20,000 nucleotides of DNA, taken from the IMG/VR virus record IMGVR_UViG_3300044613_002265; one strand, given 5' to 3'. This stretch comes from an uncultured virus (IMG/VR IMGVR_UViG_3300044613_002265) (taxonomy: Duplodnaviria > Heunggongvirae > Uroviricota > Caudoviricetes). The number at the start of each line of letters is the position of its first letter. Positions within the stretch are counted from its first letter, which is position 1. The position numbers and the translations under genes are program-made. Shown piece after piece: positions 8,910 to 16,872 of this stretch. The notes beneath the pieces are model-generated. The model saw only the letters and a list, made by a program, of their open reading frames with translations, had not been told where the DNA came from and did no database searches.

Positions 8910-11900
8910 GTCGAAAACTTTCCGTTCGTTACCGAAGAGAGAAGCCGCATCACGTCGTCGCCGTACTCTTTCCCGGCCCACAGGCCAGCCAGGACTTCAG
9001 CAACGAACTCGCGGTGGCTCGTGGCGGCGTAGCGAGAAACGCTCTTGGCGACGTCGCGGTTCTCGGCGTCAAACGAGAGCGACGCCGATGCGTCGTACGA
9101 CTCGGCGTCTGCCACGGCATGATGCCGATGAGCCAGTTCGTGCAGGAGCGGATTGGGCTGCGAGAGCCAGCCCCTCGCTGCTGCGAGCCGGAACGAGGCA
9201 ACGGCCTCGTCATTCAGAGAGTCGGACACGTAGATCGCGTCCGTGTCGAGGTCGTACTCAACTACCGAGCGAGACTCGGTAGTTGGCCTGAATACGATGC
9301 TCGGGAGATCAGCCTCGCCAGACTGCTTCAGTTCTTCGACGAGGGCGTCTGCTGCTTGGCGGCCTTCTCGGCCATGATCTTCTCGCGAGCCGCCTCTATG
9401 GCCGCCGCGATCTCTTCCGCCTTCGCTCCCGTCGGAAAGTCGAACCGCACGAGTTTCGCCTTTGCCTTTGGTTCGTCTGCCACTGTAGTCGCCCTTTCTG
9501 ATTTCTTTCTTCTCGTTCAAGTCCCAGATCGCGAGTTGATTGGTCGACTCAGCCGCATCAATGGCGTCGTCGATGTCATCAAATCGCTCCGACAGGTCAA
9601 GGTACACTTGGTTGGATTCGGAATCAATCCAGCCGCCGATGTGAAGTGTAGGCCTCTCCTCGAACTTAGACTTGTTTTCTTTCAAGAACTTGTCGATCAC
9701 CGGCCCTGTGACTTTTTGGGCTGATGGAACAATGGTCTCTGACTCTGGCGCAACCGAGACCATGTAACCAGACGTCGGACTTGACTCTGACACTGGATGA
9801 ATTGAGAACCCTCCAGTCTCGGCCATAGACTTGATCGCCATTTCTGCGATCCGGTCAGACTTGGAGCCGCCTTCGCCGTCGGCTGCGCAATTGTTTCCAG
9901 GCCCAAACAGTCCGCCGTCGACTCTCCCGCAGTCTTCCGCCCGCTGCTCCAGCCCCCACGAGTTGTCATCCAGAGACCTGTACTGCTCGCTGGCGTACCG
10001 CTCGCCGTACTTCGGCGTTCGCACGAAGACCGTGTTGCCAATGCTGACAGAGTCGGTGCCGCCGGTGACTTCACGCCCGGTCCTCTTGTCGTAGAAGTAC
10101 GCGGCTTTCTTCGGGTTGTAGCCGACCGCCGTCCAGTCGTTGATGTCCTCTGGAACCTCGCGGCTCGGCTTGAACTTGCCGACGACCGTCGCAAGCGGAG
10201 TCTTTGAGCGGCCCATTGCGATCGCTGTGGCCGTCGGCTCGTGCGAGACGAACGTCACGTCTCCAGACAATGTCACGATCGAGTCGAATCCAATGACCTT
10301 GCCGACGCCGTTCTTGGACTTCGCCTTGCTGTGGACCGTGACGGCGTACGTGTCCTTTTTCTCGTAGGCTGGAATGTCGATTCGCAGGGCGACGGGAGTT
10401 CCTTCAGCAAGTTCGCGGTGCGATCCGACGAGTTCTCGCTTGGGAATCTCCTGGCCGTCGATCTTTACGTTTCCAGACAATGCAAGGCGAATCGCGTCGT
10501 CGCTTGCCATCGGGATGCTGTCAGAGTTCTTGGACGACTCTGCGACGGGCTTGAAGTCCACCTTGGCGGCGAGCCGCTCGTCGTTTGCGGCGATCGGGCC
10601 CTTGATGGCATTGGCCTCCCTGGAGAGGCGATTGTCCCTGGCCTTGGCGGTCTCCGTCGTGCTGCCGCACGAGTTGTCGATCCCGCCGCCTTCGCCCGTG
10701 GGGCAGTACGCCCGCTGCTGCTTGCCCTTCTTGGCGATCCGTCCGCCAGTCTTGAGGACGGCGTCGTCGCGATGAACAGAGACTGGATACCGTTTGCCGC
10801 GATTGTAGAGACGATCGCTAATCTTGTCGGGGAACGCGGGCTTCGCGAGCGACTCGATCTGTGACGCCTGCTCTCGCGAGAGCGTCTTGCCGATGGGGAC
10901 AATGCCCGCGCCGTTGTAGCCCATCTCCACGTAGAAGATGTCCTTGCCAGATGAGTCGCGGACTCTGATGCCGATCTTGTCGCCGGTGACTTTGGCTGAC
11001 GATCGCCCAGGCTTGCCGCCGAGTTGTCGCACCAAGTCCTTGATGCGTCGCTCAGACGTGCCCATCTGGTAGAGTTTCTTGGCAGCGCGAGACTGCTTCT
11101 TATCGCCCTCGCCGCGACGGAAACCGCGAACGGGCTCGCCGTCGTCGCTGCTGCCAGCGCACTTGTTGCCGTCCTTGAAGCCGCCAGCGCCCGTCCCGCA
11201 GTCGCGAGACTCTGGCATGCTGAGTTTTTCTTCGGGAATGATCCACAGTTTGCAGATCGCGTTGGGCGAGATGATGCCCTTGACGATCTCGCAGGAGCCG
11301 CCCTCTTCGTAGTAGATGCAGTTCCGGCAGGCGATGCCGCGAGACGCGAAAGGGTTCTTCTCCATGTAGTGGGCGCCGCTTGGGCCTTGCTGGGGCCAGC
11401 GTCCACTCTTCTTGACGATCTCTTCCTGGGCGTCGTACAGGGCCTGATTCTGCTGCGAGAGGGCCCGCTTCTCTTGGATCGGCTTGAGTTGCGAGACCTT
11501 GATGCCCGCTTCCTCGCCGGTCTCTTCGTCGACGACAAGGGCCACGGGCTCGCCTGGCTGGACTTCGATCTTCTCGCCAGACTTGAGGTCGAGCGTGCCC
11601 TGCTCCATGACGTGCTTGACGCGGCCGGTCTTGCCTTCGCCGTAAGAAACAAGCATGCCTTCTTCTTTCGGCTTCGACTGCTCACCCTTCTCGGCCGGGT
11701 TCGGAGCCTTGCCCGTCTTGACTTCAGGCAGGCTCGGGACGCCGCCTTGGGCTGGCGGCGGCGGGGCTCCTGGGCCGCCCATCATTGCCGGGTCGGGCTT
11801 CGGCTTGACTGCCTCGTCGATCGTCTGCATGTTCATGCCGACGAAGTGCTTGTCGCCGTTTTCGAGCGGCGGAAGGTTCTCAAGTCGACGGCAGTCGTTG

Positions 11901-13036
11901 ATCGAAAAAATCCCGAGGTTCGTCATCGTGGAGTAGTAGCCCGCGCGAGAGTTGGAGTCCCCTCGCATCAGTCCACGCACGTCGAACTCGGCGACGAACA
12001 GGTCGTCGTTGTAGATCAGCGACCGAGAGATCGCGCTCTCGATGCGTCGCAGCCATGGCACCAGCGTGTAGGTGACGAAGTCCTGGCCCTCGATCTCCGG
12101 GTTGCCGCCAGGCTGGCCCTGCACGAGCCGGAGGGGCAACCGATAGACCCTCGCGATCTCCTCGGACTGGAAGCGGCGTGTCGACTCGAACTGCGACTGC
12201 TCGGCCGTGAAGCCGACGGGCTCGACTTTGAGTCCGTTCGTGAGGATCGCGGTCTTGTACGCCCGGTCGACGCCGCGATGGAGTCGCTCCCAATTATCTC
12301 GCAGCCGCTCGGCGGCCTCGGGCGAGAGCGAGCCGTCGGTCTGTAGCACCATGCCGGGCCGGGCTGAGTTCGCCCAGAACTTGGCGGCGTGAATCTCGCA
12401 CGCCCTGGCGAGGGCGATCGACTCGCGTGCGACTTCGACTGGGACCATGCCCTTGATGCCGTCGGGCTCGGCGGTCCACCGGACGTGCATGATCTGGTCT
12501 TGCGTGTACGGCTCTAGTCTTCCGTTCTCCGGATTCGTGTACATGTAGCGGAGGCGGCCGTTTTCGAGCCGCTCCACGTCCATGCGAGACGGGTGGAGGT
12601 TGAGCAACTCCGAGACAGCGCCGTACCGGCCGCTCTTGATCTGCGTGTAGGAGTTCCCCCACAGGCAGAGGTTCATCACCATCTGCTCGAAGAACTCGAA
12701 CTTGGTCTGCCAGGAGTTGGGAGCGAACGACAAGACTCGATACAGCGGAATATCGCGGGCGATGTCTTTGCTGCCGTCTTCCCCTCGCCGGTAGACGTGT
12801 AGGGGAAGGGAACTGATCGTCTCGGCCAAGATGCGGCAGCACGCCAGCACCACGGTCGACTGGAGGGCTGTCTCAGGCGTGACGCGAACTTCGGCCTCAG
12901 TCCGCCACCGGCCGCCGTAGGTCTCTTCAGACAGCAGGAAATTGTTCCACGAGATGCCACGAATCTCGGGCTCGGACAGCCCGCGTGCGGGTGTCCAGAC
13001 AATGTCGGACAAGGCTCTGTTTTCGGAGTCGCTCAC
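8906..13036 (-). CDS. HK97-family portal protein with a ~950-aa C-terminal multidomain extension
   Basis: The first ~410 aa carry HK97-portal hallmarks (ALQSTVVLACCRILAETISSLPLHVY, APNSWQTKFEF, LWGNSY, EIARVYRLP, TLVPWLRRIESAI, SINDCRRLENLPPLENGD), and the gene follows terL. GTG 13036 has an upstream AAGGGGG RBS. The extension has a Pro-rich linker, a 4-Cys domain, three Cys-tags and a C-terminal HELAH. Confidence 0.92.
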   Translation of the reverse strand: MSDSENRALSDIVWTPARGLSEPEIRGISWNNFLLSEETYGGRWRTEAEVRVTPETALQSTVVLACCRILAETISSLPLHVYRRGEDGSKDIARDIPLYRVLSFAPNSWQTKFEFFEQMVMNLCLWGNSYTQIKSGRYGAVSELLNLHPSRMDVERLENGRLRYMYTNPENGRLEPYTQDQIMHVRWTAEPDGIKGMVPVEVARESIALARACEIHAAKFWANSARPGMVLQTDGSLSPEAAERLRDNWERLHRGVDRAYKTAILTNGLKVEPVGFTAEQSQFESTRRFQSEEIARVYRLPLRLVQGQPGGNPEIEGQDFVTYTLVPWLRRIESAISRSLIYNDDLFVAEFDVRGLMRGDSNSRAGYYSTMTNLGIFSINDCRRLENLPPLENGDKHFVGMNMQTIDEAVKPKPDPAMMGGPGAPPPPAQGGVPSLPEVKTGKAPNPAEKGEQSKPKEEGMLVSYGEGKTGRVKHVMEQGTLDLKSGEKIEVQPGEPVALVVDEETGEEAGIKVSQLKPIQEKRALSQQNQALYDAQEEIVKKSGRWPQQGPSGAHYMEKNPFASRGIACRNCIYYEEGGSCEIVKGIISPNAICKLWIIPEEKLSMPESRDCGTGAGGFKDGNKCAGSSDDGEPVRGFRRGEGDKKQSRAAKKLYQMGTSERRIKDLVRQLGGKPGRSSAKVTGDKIGIRVRDSSGKDIFYVEMGYNGAGIVPIGKTLSREQASQIESLAKPAFPDKISDRLYNRGKRYPVSVHRDDAVLKTGGRIAKKGKQQRAYCPTGEGGGIDNSCGSTTETAKARDNRLSREANAIKGPIAANDERLAAKVDFKPVAESSKNSDSIPMASDDAIRLALSGNVKIDGQEIPKRELVGSHRELAEGTPVALRIDIPAYEKKDTYAVTVHSKAKSKNGVGKVIGFDSIVTLSGDVTFVSHEPTATAIAMGRSKTPLATVVGKFKPSREVPEDINDWTAVGYNPKKAAYFYDKRTGREVTGGTDSVSIGNTVFVRTPKYGERYASEQYRSLDDNSWGLEQRAEDCGRVDGGLFGPGNNCAADGEGGSKSDRIAEMAIKSMAETGGFSIHPVSESSPTSGYMVSVAPESETIVPSAQKVTGPVIDKFLKENKSKFEERPTLHIGGWIDSESNQVYLDLSERFDDIDDAIDAAESTNQLAIWDLNEKKEIRKGDYSGRRTKGKGETRAVRLSDGSEGGRDRGGHRGGSREDHGREGRQAADALVEELKQSGEADLPSIVFRPTTESRSVVEYDLDTDAIYVSDSLNDEAVASFRLAAARGWLSQPNPLLHELAHRHHAVADAESYDASASLSFDAENRDVAKSVSRYAATSHREFVAEVLAGLWAGKEYGDDVMRLLSSVTNGKFST

Positions 13037-13085
13037 TGTGCCCCCTTGCACTCATTGATCGTCATCGACCCGCGATGGAACAAGT

Positions 13086-14753
13086 TCACAGCAAGATGAT
13101 CTCCGGATCGGCCATCTTCGGAGCAGCCTCGGCATCGCTGGCAAGTGCGAGAGCCATGACGAGCGCGATCATGCCGTCCACTCGGGCTGGACTCATGGCC
13201 GCTGGCTTGGCGATCTTGATGTAGCCATCGGCGTTGGTCTTTATCGTGCAATTTCCGGCCATCCAGTTCAGGATCGGATTGTCATTCGTCCGCAGGCGTC
13301 CCTGCGAGATCAGCCCGTCGAGCGCGCGGGTCGGCGCGTTCATGGCCGAAAAGTTCTGGGAGAAGCCTATCACGTCCAATCCTTCGGCCTGAAGTTGTTG
13401 GACGAGGTAATGCGAGTTGTATGGGTCGGTGGCGATCCGCCTGACCGTCCGCTCCTTGGCGAACTTCAGGATGTCCCGCTTGATGAACTCGTAGTCGCAT
13501 GTGTCGCCGGGAGTCAGCGTCAGGCCGGTCTTCGGGTCTTTAGCCCACTGGATGTACGGCACCTCTTCGCGGCGAGTGTCGGCGTTGTCGGCTGGAATCC
13601 AGAACTTGCAGATCACGTCGAACACGTCGTCGTGGGCCTTCGAGACCGCCACGAAAGCGTTGACGTCCCAGGTCTGAGCAAGATCGAGCCCGCCATACCA
13701 GACCCGCGACGAATCGAGCAGGCCGGAGTGGCCCTTGCACTGCTCCCACTGAGTCAGATTCACGAACTTCTCGGTGCCCGCCACCCAGACGTTGAGCCGA
13801 TAACGCAAGAATGACGAGAGCCGGGAGGGCGACTGCTCGGCCTCGCGGACGTCCGCCTTGAAACTCTCCTCGTCCATGGTCACGCCGAACGACGGATTCG
13901 CAGCCCGCCAGACTTCCGGGTCTCGGTAGTCATCTTCAGCGGTGGCCGCCGCGATGTAGGCGAAGTACTGGGGGTCGAGACTTGGGTCTTGCATGACCTT
14001 GAGGGCATGCTCGTGCTGCTCGTAGCAGATCGACGATCGGTCGTAGCCAGCCGTGGTAATCGCCAGGACGAGGCTTTGGCTACGGGAAATGCCGCCGTAG
14101 CGGATCGCGTCCCAGAGTTTTCTGTCCTTGGCTGAGTGCAACTCGTCGTAGCAGAGCGAGTGGATGTTGAGGCCTTCCGCTCGGTGGCTGTCGCTGGAAA
14201 TGACCCGCCAGAACGAGTTCGTCGGAACGCAGGCGATCGTTTTGCGGGAGTCGACGATCTCCAGCCGCTTGGACAGGTAGGGGCTGGAGCGGACAAGTTC
14301 CGCCATCTGCTTGTAGACAATGCCTGCTTGGTCGCGGGACGTGGCCGCGCCGAAGCACTCAGCGGCTGGCTCGGAGTCAGCCACAGTCATATAGAGCGAG
14401 ATGCCCGAGAGAAGAGTCGATTTGCCGTGTGACGACCTTGGCCCCCGTGGCTACCACGCCACAGGGGCCAAGGCGCCATTTTTTTTGGGCACCTCGATGT
14501 AGCCGACCCGGAACCTACGCTGGTCGTTGTCGACCCGCATCCAGCCGAAGAGTTCCTCGATCACCTCGTCTTTCTGCCAGGGCAGGAGGGTGAACGGCTT
14601 TCCGGCGAACTGACCCTTGGAGTGGATCAGAAAGTTCTCGAAGAAGCCGACGGCGTGAGCCGCCTTGGCCTCGTCGAAGTAGTAGTCGTAGCCGAGACTA
14701 AGCGCCTCGGCTTTTGATATACGCTTCCAGCGGGTCTTCTTGGGCAGCGGCAT
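13086..14753 (-). CDS. terL: Terminase large subunit (Terminase_1 family), interrupted by an in-frame TAG inside a 51-nt insertion in Walker A
   Basis: ORFs 14451-14753 and 13086-14390 share a frame. Motifs: HSKGQFAGKPFTLLPWQ, YIEVPKKNG...KSTLLSG (Walker A), CYDELH (Walker B), ITTAG, GGLDLA, DPYN, RVDGMIALVMA. Removing 14424-14474 gives an intact ~538-aa TerL. Confidence 0.93.
14424..14477 (-). other. Hairpin insertion in terL, candidate translational bypass (ribosome hop) element
   Basis: mRNA reads AAT GGC [GCCTTGGCCCCTGTGGC GTGGTA GCCACGGGGGCCAAGG TCGTCACAC GGC] AAA TCG. The 16-bp stem (14436-14451/14458-14473) has one G-U pair, the in-frame TAG is at 14451-14453, and matching GGC codons lie at 14475-14477 and 14424-14426. 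Confidence 0.65.
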
Positions 14754-15162
14754 TCGATACCTTCATGGTCGACCGGGCGGCGGCAGTCATGCCGAACTGT
14801 TGCTCGATCCGCATCAGTTCCCCCGGCAGGCTTTTGAACAACGATCCCTCCGCTGTCAGTTGGCTGTACCCCGTCTGAGTCAACTGGGTCATGCCGTGTT
14901 CTTGAACGTGCTTCACGACGTGGAGCCACTGCTCGTGCATGAGGCAGTACCGCTCGATGACGCTCCGGTCGGCCTGGGTGAACACGCCCATGCCAGACAG
15001 GAGCGGAACGATCTCGTTCCACATGTCGAGGGCGGCGCCGCCAAGACGAGCCGGAGGATTCGTGTCCGCCGGAGGCGGCTTCGGCTCGTCGGCGTTGATC
15101 GGTCGCTGGCCCGGATTTCCCCGGATGACCTTCAGATTGGTGGGAGTTGGGGGACGTCCCAT
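14698..15162 (-). CDS. terS: Terminase small subunit, P27 family
   Basis: MGRPPTPTNLKVIRGNPGQRPIN...PPARL...W...IERYC...QFGMTAAARS is the typical P27 TerS pattern, and the gene lies directly upstream of terL. Confidence 0.92.
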   Translation of the reverse strand: MGRPPTPTNLKVIRGNPGQRPINADEPKPPPADTNPPARLGGAALDMWNEIVPLLSGMGVFTQADRSVIERYCLMHEQWLHVVKHVQEHGMTQLTQTGYSQLTAEGSLFKSLPGELMRIEQQFGMTAAARSTMKVSNAAAQEDPLEAYIKSRGA

Positions 15163-15229
15163 GGGTGCCGACTACTTTTTCGGCGGCTCCTCGGTCTTCC
15201 AGGGTGGCCGACCAAAATATGCGTTTTTC

Positions 15230-15335
15230 TCGGGAAAAAGCCCCCCCGAAAAGTTTTGCAGCCGCTCACGGAAGGGCGCAGGCTGGGTCTCGGCCTCAAT
15301 TTCAATTTCGGCCGAGACACTCCCCCGGAGTGGGC
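15230..15335. other. Probable cos/packaging-initiation region
   Basis: Non-coding stretch between HNH and terS, the usual cos location in HK97-like cos phages. It has G/C runs and a 9-bp inverted repeat GTCTCGGCC/GGCCGAGAC (15287-15295/15310-15318). The cut site cannot be determined here. Confidence 0.5.
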
Positions 15336-15489
15336 AAGATCAAGCCTCGCACAAAAGCCCAAGCCAGTAAAGTAAAAATCGCCCAGAGAACTCCTTGAAT
15401 CATCCAGGGCCTGGGGCTGCTTGCCCCCATGAGCCCAGGCCAAGCCCCGCCTCTCTCTTCATTGGCACCCAATGACTTCTCTTTTCCTG

Positions 15490-15750
15490 TTCAAGTCTTT
15501 CCCTATATAGGAGACAAAACCCTATTATCATTCGAGCCTGACTCGCGTTTTTGACTCTTTGGTACTTGAAGACTTCTACTTTTGAATTGAGACTCCTAGG
15601 ATTTCCCTATATGGGGACTGGAAAAATGAAGTCCCCAAGTACCAATCTCTCAGGAGGCTCTCATTTGAGATATGAGGGCTGATTTTATTTCTGGCCCCTG
15701 GATAGCCTATCCAGACAAGTGGCCCTCAGAGAGCAAGCCAGGGGCCTCTA
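15490..15750. promoter_or_regulatory. AT-rich intergenic region with direct and inverted repeats
   Basis: TTTCCCTATAT occurs twice (15498-15508, 15602-15612). Inverted repeats: TTGGTACTTG/CAAGTACCAA (15559-15568/15636-15645) and GGGGACT/AGTCCCC (15613-15619/15630-15636). Palindrome CTGGATAG-C-CTATCCAG (15698-15714). Confidence 0.45.
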
Positions 15751-16044
15751 TTGAAGCCTGGCATCCTCATGTACCTTCTTGGCATTGCAGCGGGCACACA
15801 GGCACTGGAGATTCTCCATGGAGTCAGGCCCGCCCAGCCTCTTGGGCACAATGTGATCGCAGTGGGCCTCTTTGGGATCAGAGCAGACCCTGCGGCAGGC
15901 CCGGCACTGCCAGTTGTCCCTGAGCAGCACCTTCAGCCGGAGGCTCTCCCAGGCTTTGCCGCCATAGCCTCGCCGGAAGGCGCTGACCCGCGTGGGCCTC
16001 TTTCGGCCCCGCGTGGGCTTGAAGAAAGGGAATCGCTCTGGCAC
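15748..16044 (-). CDS. HNH endonuclease (HK97 gp74-like terminase cofactor)
   Basis: RRGYG..W..LR..VL.RD.WQCRAC...CDHIVPKRLGGPDSMENLQCLCARCNAKK; adjacent to terS. Start inferred at GTG 16044, just after the upstream stop. Confidence 0.9.
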   Translation of the reverse strand: MPERFPFFKPTRGRKRPTRVSAFRRGYGGKAWESLRLKVLLRDNWQCRACRRVCSDPKEAHCDHIVPKRLGGPDSMENLQCLCARCNAKKVHEDARLQ

Positions 16045-16048
16045 TGGA

Positions 16049-16402
16049 TCAGAACATCCTGGGAGTGACTTTTCCAGCGCGGACAGTCTTGGTGATGGTT
16101 CCTGGGGCGATCCATCGCAGGCTCCATCTGTAGTTTTCATTTGGGCTCATGTAGCCAGTCTGACTCTCGTTCAGAGTCAGACTGAGCCTGCCCTGTGAAA
16201 GGTCAATAGGCGATTGGGTGAAGGTGCCCAGCATCTCCCAGCCAATCATGTCTCCGTTGGCCGAAAAGGCCGTGGCCCTGAAGAGGGTTGCATGAAGAGT
16301 GTATCCAGTTACATTCAGCCCTAGATTTACCTCGAAGGTGAACTCGTCGCCAATCACGAACTCAAGATCAACCGTCTCGGGAAGTGAAGAGATCGTCGCC
16401 AC
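16049..16402 (-). CDS. Hypothetical beta-rich protein, possibly virion-associated Ig-like fold
   Basis: 117-aa ORF with a strong AAGGAGG RBS and an alternating beta-strand pattern (GDEFTFEVNL..., GRLSLTL..SQT...YRWSLRW...VRAGKV). The function is a guess. Confidence 0.7.
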   Translation of the reverse strand: MATISSLPETVDLEFVIGDEFTFEVNLGLNVTGYTLHATLFRATAFSANGDMIGWEMLGTFTQSPIDLSQGRLSLTLNESQTGYMSPNENYRWSLRWIAPGTITKTVRAGKVTPRMF

Positions 16403-16458
16403 AGCCTGCCTCCTTGGTGCGAATCGAGCGCGATTTTACGCCCGACCAGAGCGGCACC

Positions 16459-16872
16459 CTAAGTAAGCCACCCACCATCCGCGTCATAATTCGGCCGCTC
16501 GGCGTCGAGCAGCATTCGCCTCTCGTCCCGCAGCCCAGCGATCTCTTTGCGTTGCAAGCGAATCTCGCGACGAAGTGACTCGTTGATCGCGAGCAGATGC
16601 TCAATCGTCGATGCGGCCTCCAGGCAAAGCCCGCCCTTTTCTCGAAGCCTGTCGGCGATCTCGGTCCCAGCAGGAGGATGATTCTCGTCGTAGACGACGA
16701 GCCTCGTGTAGCCGCCATTTGCCGCGCCGAAGTCATGCTCTTCGAGCCACGCCGCGAGTGGATCGGTGCCGTCCCGCAGGGTCCAGCAGTGCGACCCGGT
16801 GTATCCCTTGGCGAGCAGAATCTCCTCGCCGGTCTCGGTGTCGCGAAGATAGAGCCTGTTGTTCGCCATCAC
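16459..16872 (-). CDS. Hypothetical protein with C-terminal coiled coil
   Basis: Start overlaps the upstream stop, with an AAGGAGGAG RBS; contains EIADRLRE...LEAASTIEHL. Confidence 0.75.
   Translation of the reverse strand: MMANNRLYLRDTETGEEILLAKGYTGSHCWTLRDGTDPLAAWLEEHDFGAANGGYTRLVVYDENHPPAGTEIADRLREKGGLCLEAASTIEHLLAINESLRREIRLQRKEIAGLRDERRMLLDAERPNYDADGGWLT

Noticed and set aside
8910..8981. ORF-track start of the giant protein at 8981
   Set aside because: It overlaps the portal C-terminus by 76 nt. GTG 8909 gives a standard GTGA coupling and puts the first tag near the N-terminus.
251..11200. Tag-encoding DNA repeats as a CRISPR array or DNA-level repeat element
   Set aside because: Spacing is hundreds to thousands of bp and irregular, copies differ at synonymous positions, and all are in frame, so conservation is at protein level.
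10465..11685. 406-aa alternative-frame ORF within the portal gene
   Set aside because: Ser/Arg/Pro-rich low-information translation typical of an off-frame read of GC-rich coding DNA.
14451..14453. Genome-wide TAG recoding
   Set aside because: TAG appears to act as a normal stop for other genes (15748, 16459, 18530, 19938), and readthrough would still disrupt Walker A.
14424..14477. terL insert as an intein, group I/II intron or frameshift
   Set aside because: At 51 nt it is far too short for a self-splicing intron or intein, it contains a stop, it lacks intein terminal residues, and both halves share a frame.
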